From: Octopus sinensis
Taxonomy: Eukaryota
Length of the DNA: 64,000 bases
Direction of reading: 5' to 3'
Assembly (NCBI RefSeq): GCF_006345805.1
Contig: NC_043001.1
Span: 114,390,001-114,454,000, forward strand
Program-made: the position numbers and the translations under genes
In this document: in pieces, positions 52,960-64,000 of the stretch
Layout: every line of letters starts with the position of its first letter
How positions within the stretch are numbered: position 1 is the first letter of the stretch
The notes under the pieces: generated by a model
The model's database searches: none
Told to the model about the DNA's origin: nothing
Seen by the model: the letters and a program-made list of their open reading frames with translations, nothing else

Positions 52960-53135
52960 AAGCTTCATGGCAGGCCCGATTCCAGATTATTGAACGTAAA
53001 TATATGGGCCGTGGTAGGGGATTATCTCCAAAGGCTGGACATGACCTTGAAGGATGCAGAGGGGAAGGCACGAGACTACTGAAGTATCTGGTCCACTCTA
53101 CGCATGATGATGCCTCTAGGACTACAAACTTGGAA
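52960..53135 (+). pseudogene. Possible RTE-type LINE C-terminal remnant
   Basis: IWAVVGDYLQRLDMTLKDAEGKARD resembles the RTE terminal W..V..DL..L....EDA...A.DR motif. Confidence 0.4.
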
Positions 53136-53675
53136 TGATCCCATTCCCATCAAACAAGAGCATGAAACCAAACCAAGCTATATTCATATGTTCGAGTAAT
53201 TTCGTCGTATTATAGCCAGTTGAGCTATTTCTTTGAATAATCTTTTCTTCTGGTTTATATGAGAATAAAGATTTTAGCGAAGGAGATGGAATATCAAAAC
53301 CAATGACTATTTTTCGCTAAATCATCTTAAATGTACACTTACAGGCATGCAGACCTTACGCACGCCCACACACACACATAAGCGCCCTCTCTTACATATA
53401 CATACTGGCACACTCATAGATATACAAAACACACACACATATGTACAGCGGTACATATATATGCTTGCATACTGATTAATGTACGTTCGGAGAAACCCAT
53501 TTGATTCTATATCTGAGTTTATATTCATAATTTAACATATTCACGTGCAAATATTTATCTACCTAGCATTTACACATATTTTCACATTATGTGTGTGTTT
53601 ACATGCAAACACACACATTTACAAACACACACATTTATAAACACGCAAATATATGTGTGTGTGTGTGTGTGTGTC

Positions 53676-53998
53676 GCACTCCGTCGCTTACGACGACGAG
53701 GGGTCCAATTCATCCGTTCAACGGAACAGCCTGCTCGTCAAATTAACGTGCAAGAGGCTGAGGACTCCGCAGACACGCATACTCTTAACGTAGTTCTCAG
53801 GGAAATTGAGTGTGACACAGCATGTGACAAGACTAGACCTTTGAAATACGGGTACTATTCACTTTTTTGCTAGCTGAGTGAACTGGAGAAATGTGAAATA
53901 AAGTCTCTTGCTCAAGGACAAAACGTGCCACCGGGAATCGAACTCGCGACCTTACAATCGTGAACCAATAACCTAACCACTAAGCCACACACCTCCCC
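53676..53998 (-). mobile_element. tRNA-derived SINE, head H2 + tail T1
   Basis: A box TGGCTTAGTGG, B box GAGTTCGATTCCC, GTCCTTGAGCAAG; the tail equals 1513-1693. Confidence 0.85.
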
Positions 53999-54092
53999 CC
54001 ACACACAGACGTATATATATATATATATATAAACAATATGTATTCATACATGCACACATGCATATAGGCATACACACACACGCATATATATG

Positions 54093-54181
<89 letters not shown>

Positions 54182-54198
54182 AGCATGCATGTATGCCT

Positions 54199-54347
54199 GT
54201 ATCCCTGGAGATTACATCAGGATAGGAGAGTGTGCGCCATCTGGTATCGCGGGTAGATGGCTTCCAGGGGAGAAGAGCAGAAATTACCTCGTTTTCAGCT
54301 CTACCTTTCACAAGAGATGATACAGGTGGTAGTTTCCCATGTATTTG
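54199..54347 (-). mobile_element. Internal RTE fragment lacking the 3' tail, flanked by a 17-bp direct repeat
   Basis: Matches ~55740-55910 with a 30-nt deletion; TATATATAAGCATGCAT at 54174-54190 and 54350-54366. Confidence 0.82.
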
Positions 54348-54833
54348 TATATATATAAGCATGCATTATAAGTGTGCGTTTATGTATGTAATATGCATTT
54401 GTTTTCATAAAATAGCGGTTTTTGGAGTTCTCTCTATTATTAGTCTGAGTTCAGGCGGTCAGACGATAGAGTCTAAACCGTGCCTTACTATAAACTTAGT
54501 GGTAATTTTTCCAGCTTTAATTTCAGAGGTCAAATTTGCCTTTTATTCCATCGTAGGTTGATAAGTGCCATGTAATCGCTCTTATCTATTGGCCCACTTC
54601 ACAAGAAAAGAAAAGTGAGACCTTATACCAATAGTAGAATGGTTTATTATTTATTGCTCTGAATTTCGCGACAATCTGAATTAAGCAACCAGAACTAAAT
54701 TTGGATTATTTGTGTTACTTGAGAGAAATTTAATTGGCATTAGCATGGACATTGAATGAATTATTACAGACCTCCATGTATATTCCACTCATCATATATT
54801 TCTCATCACGTGGCTATAGGACTGGTCACTTAC

Positions 54834-54845
54834 CCAGATTAGTGC
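54834..54845 (-). other. Candidate 12-nt symmetric microexon GCACTAATCTGG
   Basis: Minus strand GAGTTTGTTCTTTCAG|GCACTAATCTGG|GTAAGT; splice signals only. Confidence 0.3.
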
Positions 54846-55609
54846 CTGAAAGAACAAACTCGTAACGCTTGGTTCCGATACCAAACTTCCTAACCACACA
54901 ATGATGGCTGCACCCAGATAGTGTTGTAATTAAAACTATCTCAATACTATATATGTCTCTATTATTATATTTTCTTTTTCTGACATTGTTAACTTTAGCA
55001 ATATTGGAAGGAAACGGGTGCGGCGTTTTATCATAACATTCTGTTTTATAGAACTCAACGTACCATGACAAAAATTAAAAGCGTCAAAGATTTTTCAATC
55101 TTTTTTCCTCTCATTTAATCATGTAATATTATTTTATAGCTAGTTTTTTATATTTCATTTCTAAAAAATTTTTTATTGGTTGCGGCGAAGAAGAACATAG
55201 TAAATTGAACAAATCAAAAAAAAAAAAAAAAATCTTAATAATTTGAATAAAATACGATCACATTATTTTGGGTGTGGAGCGTTAATTATATTGATGCATT
55301 ACCGCAGTGTTTGTACTTTAATAAATTTTTCTAATAATTAGTTGAAGTGGGGACGAGTGTAAGGTTACGCTCCAATAAATAACAGGTCAGTTGGCTTTTG
55401 TGTCGTATCTAAGCAGCCATGAATATAAAATAGTTGTACACTTAGACTGCAGTTTATTCACAGTAAACTGCTATTCTACTAAAGTATATGTAGTGTAATA
55501 TTTATAACACAGAAGGTAGAGCAGCAAAATTATCACATTAATAGTAACTGTTGTGATTCAACACTGTTTGATTTTCCGATAATTTACTCGAAACCTAGTG
55601 TTGTGTTCT

Positions 55610-56015
55610 ACTATATGGGTCAGAAACCTGGACGTTATCAAAAAATCTTGAGAGACGGTTGGATGGAACTTACACTCGCCTCCTTATGAAAGCTCAAAAT
55701 CTCTCGTGGAAGAGTCACCCAACCAAAGTACAAGTATTAAGAAACTACCACCTGTGTCATCTCTTGTGAAAGGTAGGAGAGTCCAGTTTGCTGGACATTG
55801 TTATAGAGCTGAAAACGAGGCAATTTCTGCTCTTCTTCCTTGGAAGCCATCTACCCGCGATACCAGAGGGCGCACCATTCTCCTACCCTGATGTAATCTC
55901 CAGGGATACAGACATCCAGCAACAGGACCTGAGTAATGCTATGATGGACCGAGAAGTCTGGCGTAGCATGGTAAATTCCATTGTCTCGACCACGGTCAAA
56001 CAATGATGATGATGA
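55610..56015 (+). mobile_element. 5'-truncated RTE-clade LINE 3' end with (TGA)n tail
   Basis: LYGSETWTLSKNLERRLDGTYTRLL; RVQFAGHCYRA; AMMDREVWRSMV; TGATGATGATGA. Confidence 0.85.
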
Positions 56016-57014
56016 GTGTTGTGCTTGTTTCGAGATTGCGTGTCTACCGTGGTATTTTCCAAACATGCGTGAGCCGTTTTATTTTAAATACATACCGATA
56101 TATATTTAAATATTGCAAGGCATTGCTGTGGGGCAAGAAGAACCTAAACATTCGTTCTATGCCCGAATGAGTGGGAAATGAAGAAGAATAGAGAATATTC
56201 TAATGGGCAGTTTCATATTTTCGTCACTCCTAAGGGATTTTCTACTCAGATTACTTTTCCAGTCAATAGAATAGAGTATTCATCCCATATATATGGTAAT
56301 AATTATGCTAACATATAAGATAGTAGCCTAATTTTCAAATTTGTACGGTTGCCAGTTAGTCTGATTAGTCAGAGATGAGTGGACTGCTATGGACACAAGA
56401 GACATCGTCAGCACGACACTATAAACAAAAACTAATTGCCATGCATAATTCAGAGTGGCCAATGGCAAGTATTTGAATAACATAAACAAATACAGGTAAA
56501 TCAAATACCATATATTACTAATTCTCACTTTACGAAAATTGTTCAGAGAATATGTAATAATTACCAAATAGCAATTAAGCCCAATATCAAGCGAGAAGAG
56601 GAATAACCTCAAGAATTAGGAGTTCTCTACCAACTTTGGTGAAGGCGTGGTACACAACATCAAGCCATGTTCGTGCGGCGGTGTATATTGCTATACTTTT
56701 TGTAAGTGTGTGTGTTGGTGTTGGGATATATATATCAATGTTCTTAATTTTGCTTCTTTTTCTTATCGACAGTTTGATAGTATTGTTGGAGGTAAATTGC
56801 ATAGTATTAAACAGAGTGTCAGTAAATAAACCAATACAATCTTATCTCTCATCTGATTACAATTCCGACTTTATTAACAGAAGTACGATAACTTGTTGGT
56901 TATCTTACTTATGTCAGTATTTCTTTCCTTCATTCCCTCTCAACTCTCTCCGTACACACACACACTCTCTCTCTCACACGCACACACACACAAACACACA
57001 CACAAGCACACACA

Positions 57015-57068
<54 letters not shown>

Positions 57069-58419
57069 GTAGAGAATGAAAATGCAAAATGTTCGGTATC
57101 ACTCGAAAAACAAGTAATATAAATTTATCTCCATTTAAATTAAATGCTCTTCGAGTGATTCCAAACGTTTTGCTTTTACCATTTTCTACTTTTAGCTATA
57201 TCCACCCACTCAAAGTGAAACTACATCTAGCTATCTTTTGATAGGTATTTTCAGCACCACATTTTTCTGTTGCAGGTAACAATTTTAAGAATATCTCACT
57301 ACGACTATCAAAGCTATCCCCAAATTCAAACACCTTTACTTATACCTTAACGCAACAAAATACAACGAGGCTTTGTCCAAAGTGAGTGTAAGGACAAAAC
57401 ATTGTAGAGTTATAAGAAATATTTTTATAAGGATCAACAATATAGGAAAAAACAATAATAATGCCCCACTATTTTTAATTACCAATCATTTGCACGCACT
57501 CCACATATTCAATTTATTTTAGGCTCATGCAAATAATTTTTTTATTTCCTCATATTTAAATAATACCCTAATAATTGGCACTTCCAATTATCATTGAAGA
57601 AATATAAAATCAAGTTTGTTAATCCATATGCATGTCAGATTAATGCGCGTAAATTGTGGAATAATCCGTGTGACGATTCGGTAATCCTATTCATGCATGT
57701 AAACATAAATACATACATGCATACATGTATGCGTGCATACATGTATGCATGCATACATGTATGCATGCATACACGTGCACACAATTTATATACTGAGATA
57801 TTTTACAAATATCCCATTATTATATATGTTGGGTTTTCCTTGGTTAATGTTAGTCATACATCTGCACATTCATATGCAGGCTTTGACAAAATTTCTTGAG
57901 GAAAACTGGATTTGCCTATATATGCAAATCTCTTCTCTCCATTCCACTGATAGATATGCTAGGAAAAGGCTGATGACTTGGTTCCACACAGCTTAGCACC
58001 AGTATCATCGCAAGCGTTGCTGTAAGAGCCCCAAATGCTGGCACAGATACCGCAATGCTTAACGTCTAGCACTCAGACAGTTGTGCCAATGCTATAACTA
58101 TGGAATCGTATTTTTCATTGTGATCCAAAGCAGGAAAGACAACTTCCCTAATAGTGAAACTAAATTGCATTGTGCTATTGGGACGATCAAAAAGCATATT
58201 ATTTCAGTATTTCTTGCTGTTATCGCTGTTGATTGAGTTAGTATTTTCGTCGTTATTGTACTTGCTTTTTTTTTGTATTAGCCAGTTCAAGATAAGCATG
58301 TCTAGAGACACATCGCTTCTTCATGTGAAACATTATATTCTAATGAATTATCTTTCAAAAATGTAGAGTTTGCGGGAAATTTGGCAGCTATTTCTTTCAG
58401 AGTTAGGGAACTGATAGTA

Positions 58420-59310
58420 CGAGGGGATACACAATAGGAACCGGAATTTTGCAGTGATATTTTATTCAGTTAGCTTTACGTGTTTACACTCTTATCACCT
58501 TCAAAGTGTTCTCCGCTGAAGAAATGTATCGGTCCAGACGCGTTTTCCACTGTTCGAAGCAGTGCTTGAAATCTTTCGAAGTTATACCTATTAACGCCTC
58601 CGTCGTTTTCTTCTTCACCTACTCCATATTCCAAAATTCCGTAGCTCCAGCTTTCATCAACAGTGGTAACCTTCGGTAAAAGATCCGGATTAACTTCCAA
58701 CAGTTCATGCAGTTCACGACATGCATTCAGCCGTGACTGCTTTTGATCTTCCGTGAGCAACCGTAGCACAAATTTTTCATTCGCAATTCTTCACTCAAAA
58801 TTCGTCGAAAGGAGCTCCAGGACACATCAATCATATCAACAAGTTCGTCAATACCTCAGTGACGAACCTCCAAGATCAGTTGTTGAATTTTCCTGATGTT
58901 TTCATTCATTCGGATGGTCGAAGGTCGCCCTGAACGTGGTTGGTTTCAAGCGACATGTGACCGTTCCTAAAGCGTGAAAACCGCTCATAAATTTGTGTTT
59001 TGCTCATGGCAGCATCTTTGTAAGATATTTCAAGCATGACATCAGTTTTGGCCGCCGTTTTCCGCAGCAGAAAACAGAATTTCACAGAAGCACGATATTC
59101 CTTCGTTTCAGCTGTCGCAAAAATCGATGAACAAGGGAGAAGCACTGCAAAACAAAGACGCACCACGTGGCAGTATGACACCAGCGGACAATGCCGGACG
59201 GCAGACTGATATCTGGGAGTTGCATCAAGTGGCTTCTAGCGGCGGAAGCCCGAACTACGCCGGGCATGTCCCACGGAGAACGTTTCCGGTCAGTTTAGGA
59301 TACTCCTTAG
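58420..59310 (-). mobile_element. Internally deleted mariner-like transposon between TA dinucleotides
   Basis: EYRASVKFCFLLRKTAA..AMSKTQIYERFSRFRNG (HTH); RLLTEDQKQSRLNAC..VTTVDESW; degenerate TIRs sharing ACCGGAA; TA at 58418-19 and 59311-12. Confidence 0.85.
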
Positions 59311-60913
59311 TATATTTCTCTTTAATATTTATACCATAAAAATTATAGCATTCATTATCATGTTCAAAATATTTCTATTGATTGTACAGTTCTACAGCTA
59401 ACTGCACAATTATGCAGTTATATCTTCCATCTTAATTATTTTTCTACTAACCAGTTCAAGGCTTAAGCAACTTTACTAACAAAACGATGGATTAAAAGTC
59501 ACAAAACACTTCAAAAATATGCTCATACCTCATTCACTACAGGAGCTAGGGGTCATCTATGCATGAATAACATTCGATTATTTGAAAACAATAAAAACAA
59601 AATCTCGTGTCAAAATATTGACCAATTTCCATTTGACAGATTTATGAAGTTTCGAAGCAAATATTAGAACACGAACAGAAAATAAAATCTCTTATGAAAA
59701 TTTTAATAGATTCTAAATTAATTTAGCTTTATTTGGTTTTAAGTCAATGTTCATATATTTGGTCCTGACCATGGCTCTATGGCAATACTAACATCACCAA
59801 CACCACCATTATTACAATAAAATTGCCAGTGTATTTTTTTTTGCTTCATCATCAATATTATTATTTTGATTATCGTTATTATATAATTATTATGACAAGG
59901 ACTACCGATACTGCATATGCTTTTGATGTTGCTATTGTTGTTGTTGTTTTTCTTGAGTAGTCGACTTTCATAGATTCAGGAGGAGTATTGTTTTCTGACA
60001 CGATTAATTTATGAATTTTTAATTTTATTAATTTTATTTCCTTAACCAAGTAATTGGAACATTTATAAGTCTACCCAAAATCTATGATAAAGCAATCTTT
60101 TTTAGTTTTATATATAGTTTAAACTGTTTACTTAATTTTGACGAATATACAATGGTAATTTTTACTTATGTCTGTAGATAGCAGTAGCAGGAATAGGTGC
60201 TTTCCACATAGATAATAGCATAAACGAGTTACGGGGAAAATATCAAACATACAGGAAAAAATTTGCAATAGACAACTCCAGAAATATTTTGATATTGATA
60301 ATTAATATTTTAAATGTGTACATTTAAAATATTAATTTGTATAAAAGAAATAGTACGAACATAGACAATTTCACAACAAGCAAAATCAGCTGCATCATGT
60401 CATAGTATTACCTAAAGAGCAGCTCGAATTGAGCAAGCTCAAGAAAGGGAGAAGTGGACGGTTTTATCGAAGAAATTGTGAGGCGGAAGCTGCCGCAAAT
60501 CTGTTAAGCAAAAACAAAAGAAAAGTAGAGACGGAAAAATTGAAGAATGCCCTGACTGACACGTGACAAAGCGTGTGCTCTTTCGAACGGGGAAGGGTGT
60601 ATACGGCTGACCTTCAAAATTTAGAACGAAGAAAAATACTGAGTAGAACTGCCGTTATAGGCGCTTGCACAGGCAAGTGTCGGAATATGTGGTATCCGAA
60701 TTATTAGGATTACGACCTGATTTATTGACAGAGAATGACTTTACTTCACTTTTGCACAACGGTACCGATATATGGTGAGTACACTATGTTATTACCAAGA
60801 GTAGGAAAGATAGCAGAGGCAGTCGGAGCAATCACCAAACCAACAGAGCTTAAGATTGGATAGAATCGCGTTAGCTTAAATAATAAGCCTCGATATGGTG
60901 AGTGATGCCTGTG

Positions 60914-60952
<39 letters not shown>

Positions 60953-60956
<4 letters not shown>

Positions 60957-61149
60957 GGAGAGTTTGAGAGTTTACGAAAAAAACAAAAGACGAAGACAGA
61001 TGGTGTACAAAAGAAACAGATGTATTAGTATAACGCCCAGGAATAGAAAAAGTCTTTTACGTTTCGAGCCTACGCTCGACACAGAAAATGACACAGAAAA
61101 AACAGGGAGAGAAAAGAATGTGTGTAGTGGCTAACGATCTATCATGGCG
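60953..61149 (-). mobile_element. ~195-bp solo pLTR-like unit, hammerhead core decayed
   Basis: Reverse complement of 52640-52832; GAGC-GTAG-GCTC-GAA-ACGT-A-AAAG retained; (TA)n adjacent. Confidence 0.7.
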
Positions 61150-63432
61150 CTGACTATATATATATAATGTATGTATATATGTATGTATGTTTGTATTTGT
61201 GTATCATGTTGCATGCTTATATGTATATGTGCGAGTGTGCACACGGATATGTTTGTATTTGTGTGTGCGCGTTCGTTTATACGTTCAGACACAATTTGTA
61301 ACAGTTTTATATAACACATTTTACATGGAATGTATCGACACTTGAAGACAGTAAAAAAAAGTTATTTGCAGTATTATTGTCGCTGCTGCTGCTGTTGATG
61401 ATGGAGGCGATATAATCGTAACGACAAAATGCGTTGCATTATTTCTTCCGGCTCTTTATGTTCTAAGTTCAAAACCTGCCGAGATCAAGTTTGGCTTTAA
61501 TTCATCACGGCTTGATAGTATTCCATATAAATCATGAACTAGGGTCGATTTAAACGTTGAACCCCAACTCCTTATGCCTACATTAGAAATGATTATTATA
61601 ATCGTTTCAATCATTGCTGTTATGATCATCATCGACCGTCCTTTTGTTATATTGTCATTCGCCGTTATTTCAAAGGTGTTGCTAAAAGTTAACATAGAAA
61701 ACTATATAGAAGGAAACAAAAAAAAATCACAATGATTATTTTTTGTTCGATAAAATTAGCAACATGACAAAAAAAATGATAATAACGTTTGCAATTGTTT
61801 GCTTTAGATGACCAATCGACCTATTGATATTTCAGCCGATTTCCTGCTGCTTAAATTGATTACATGTTATATTTTAATGGAAATTTAGAGAAATAATGCT
61901 ATATTTTGTTCTCTGGCATATTAGTATTAGCCTAAAGTTGTATGTATTATACGCATGTGTGTTTGTGAGTGTGTGTCTGTGCATGTGTTTGTGATAATTA
62001 AGTGGAGAATGTATATTTAGTTTAGCAGAGATGGATTCACACGCACAAACACAAATCTCATAAATACAAACATAATGAAAACTCTAACATGCATGTCAGC
62101 AAACAAACAATCACACCCATGCATACAAACGAACAAAAATGTACACATACAAACACTCAGACACAATTACGCATGCGCTGGTAGGAGCAATCACGTCCAC
62201 ACAAACAAACACCACTCACAGTAAACAGAGTTGTGTACAGAATTGGCAAATAACGAATATACAAACAAAAAAAATATTATTATCCTTATACAACACTACA
62301 AATAATGTTTTTTTTTAATTGCTTCCAAGATGGCATATTTTACGAAAATAAATATGAATGAAAAAATGGTTTGCTCATGTAAACGAATATATCTGAAACA
62401 AAGCAATGTAGTCTATAATTAAATCGAATAAATTTAATATTTTAGTTATATATTCGTGTGTGTGTTTGCGGGGTCGCGTGTGTGAATGTGAGTTTTGTAT
62501 TATATCTCTTTACATATACAAATATGCATGTCACTTACGTACAAGGCCAGTTTATGGGGTTACCTTAAGTTTCAAGACCATAAAGGGCTTGGCTTTATGG
62601 CGTATTATCAGATCCCAAAAACTGTTGGCTAAATGCCTCTCTAGTGAGAGGTGGGGATATTCTTTTTACCAAAGAACGAACCGATATAATTTGACGTCCC
62701 TTAATTTGCTTTGCAATGATGTATCAGAGTACAACTTTCTCTCTCACTCTTACATTAATAGTGTTCCAGCGAGAAGTTTGTTGTACGAAGCATAATCTAT
62801 GTAGCGATGGTGTGATAGGTGTCAATAGAAACAATGTACGGTAGTCCTACGACAACACCATAATAATAGCTATATAGACAATCCGTATTCACATAATTTC
62901 AGAAATAATAGCCTCTATAAGGACAATATTTTAAAGAGCCTAGTTAAACATTCTTCAGATTCGAATAATGAGTAGATTCTATTTAAAGATTCATCTTATT
63001 TAAACAACGAATATATTTACCAACAAATATCTATTTATCAGGTTCAGGATAAATAGCTTTAATTATTTGATTATTTCTAATCAATTCATTAATTAAAATT
63101 ATTGATTACGAGACTATGTTTCACAATATGAACCATGTTTGGTTATTAACTCATCTCAGTTGATACCAGAAAGACGAGTCTTTTTATAAGGATTTATTTG
63201 CTTACAACACGTGGCTGGTTTCAGCTAGATGATATACCGCATCGATTATATTATATAAAGCGTCTTCTCAGTAAGCATTCTCTTCATTCTTTTCCTCTTT
63301 AATAGGTGGCTTGCTTATATCCAGCTTTATGAATATACTTACATACATTGAAACATAAATACATTCAAACTTTTATGTATATCTATGTGTGTGTATGCGT
63401 GCGTATGTATATATATGTATGCATGTATATGT

Positions 63433-63970
63433 CAGGTCACTTTCGAGTACTACTGGTAACATGTAACCCAGTACAACCTGTTGCATGGTCGGGACGTCGG
63501 TGATTAAACTGGCAACCCCACCAAGCTTGCTTGGTGAGGAGGGTGTTTATTGGACACCCTGCGGGATGAAAAACAAAACCCGTCAAAGGGCGGAAGAACT
63601 CTTGAGAGTCAACGGCCATCCAAAAATGTCTTAAGGCTGTATCATGCGCAGAGACATAGAAATAATCGGACTGAATACCCGATCGCGCGGTTAAACCATT
63701 GGGAGTGAAGGACTCCTAGCCTTTGTGAGGGCATCCTTCTAAAAGAAGGTAACTCAGGTAACTCGGATAACTCCGACAAAAAACTGCGGTTTAGTGGTTA
63801 CCGATGATGTTGACTTGTTCGGATTATGGATGCTGTTGCTTAGTGAGTGGGATTCACTCAGTGCACAGCTTTCCTCACTTTAAAAAATCTTCTTGCACAG
63901 GCATTGCACGATAACAACATTGATTAAGCTTCGTGCAATGGCCATACTTGATAACGAGGGGGCAGCCACC
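63433..63970. other. GC-richer, hairpin-rich segment between TA/TG tracts; probable retroelement 5' leader
   Basis: Four perfect 6-8 bp stems; no ORF or family recognised. Confidence 0.3.
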
Positions 63971-64000
63971 ATGCATGTATATATGTATGTATGTATGTTA

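Noticed and set aside
2313-57079. Many listed ORFs such as YLPT-, YIYI-, HTHT-, MYVC- and poly-I/L repeats
   Set aside because: They are translations of CCTA, TA, CA, TACA and TAA microsatellites, not genes.
57261-57281. TTTTTCTGTTGCAG|GTAAC recursive-splice-like site
   Set aside because: Single motif with a suboptimal donor and no known host intron.

Overview
AT-rich, microsatellite-dense eukaryotic DNA. The SINE families and the TA/CA/TAA tracts point to a cephalopod, Octopus-like genome; this is an inference from remembered repeat families, not a database result. No host protein-coding gene can be called with confidence: only a few short candidate exons and a possible first exon near 60.7 kb are visible. 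Most recognisable sequence is retroelement-derived: many tRNA-headed SINEs with interchangeable heads and tails; a 5'-truncated CR1-type LINE (8.8-10.3 kb); four R4/Dong-like RLE LINE pieces stacked in one (TAA)n array (21.8-25.3 kb); RTE 3' ends; decayed Tc1 and mariner transposons; and a Helentron-like element. The centrepiece is a near-full-length Neptune-type Penelope-like element (PLE; RT plus GIY-YIG, 41.9-47.0 kb) fused to an inverted 2.3-kb copy of its own 3' half, so both outer ends are element 3' ends running into (TA)n. The same tail-out layout recurs in miniature in fold-back elements at 11.1 and 31.4 kb. About a dozen minimal hammerhead-ribozyme-like motifs with palindromic stem III, including U3-A8 and A6U core variants, mark these PLE-related pieces. 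All alignments and folds were done by eye and need computational confirmation.
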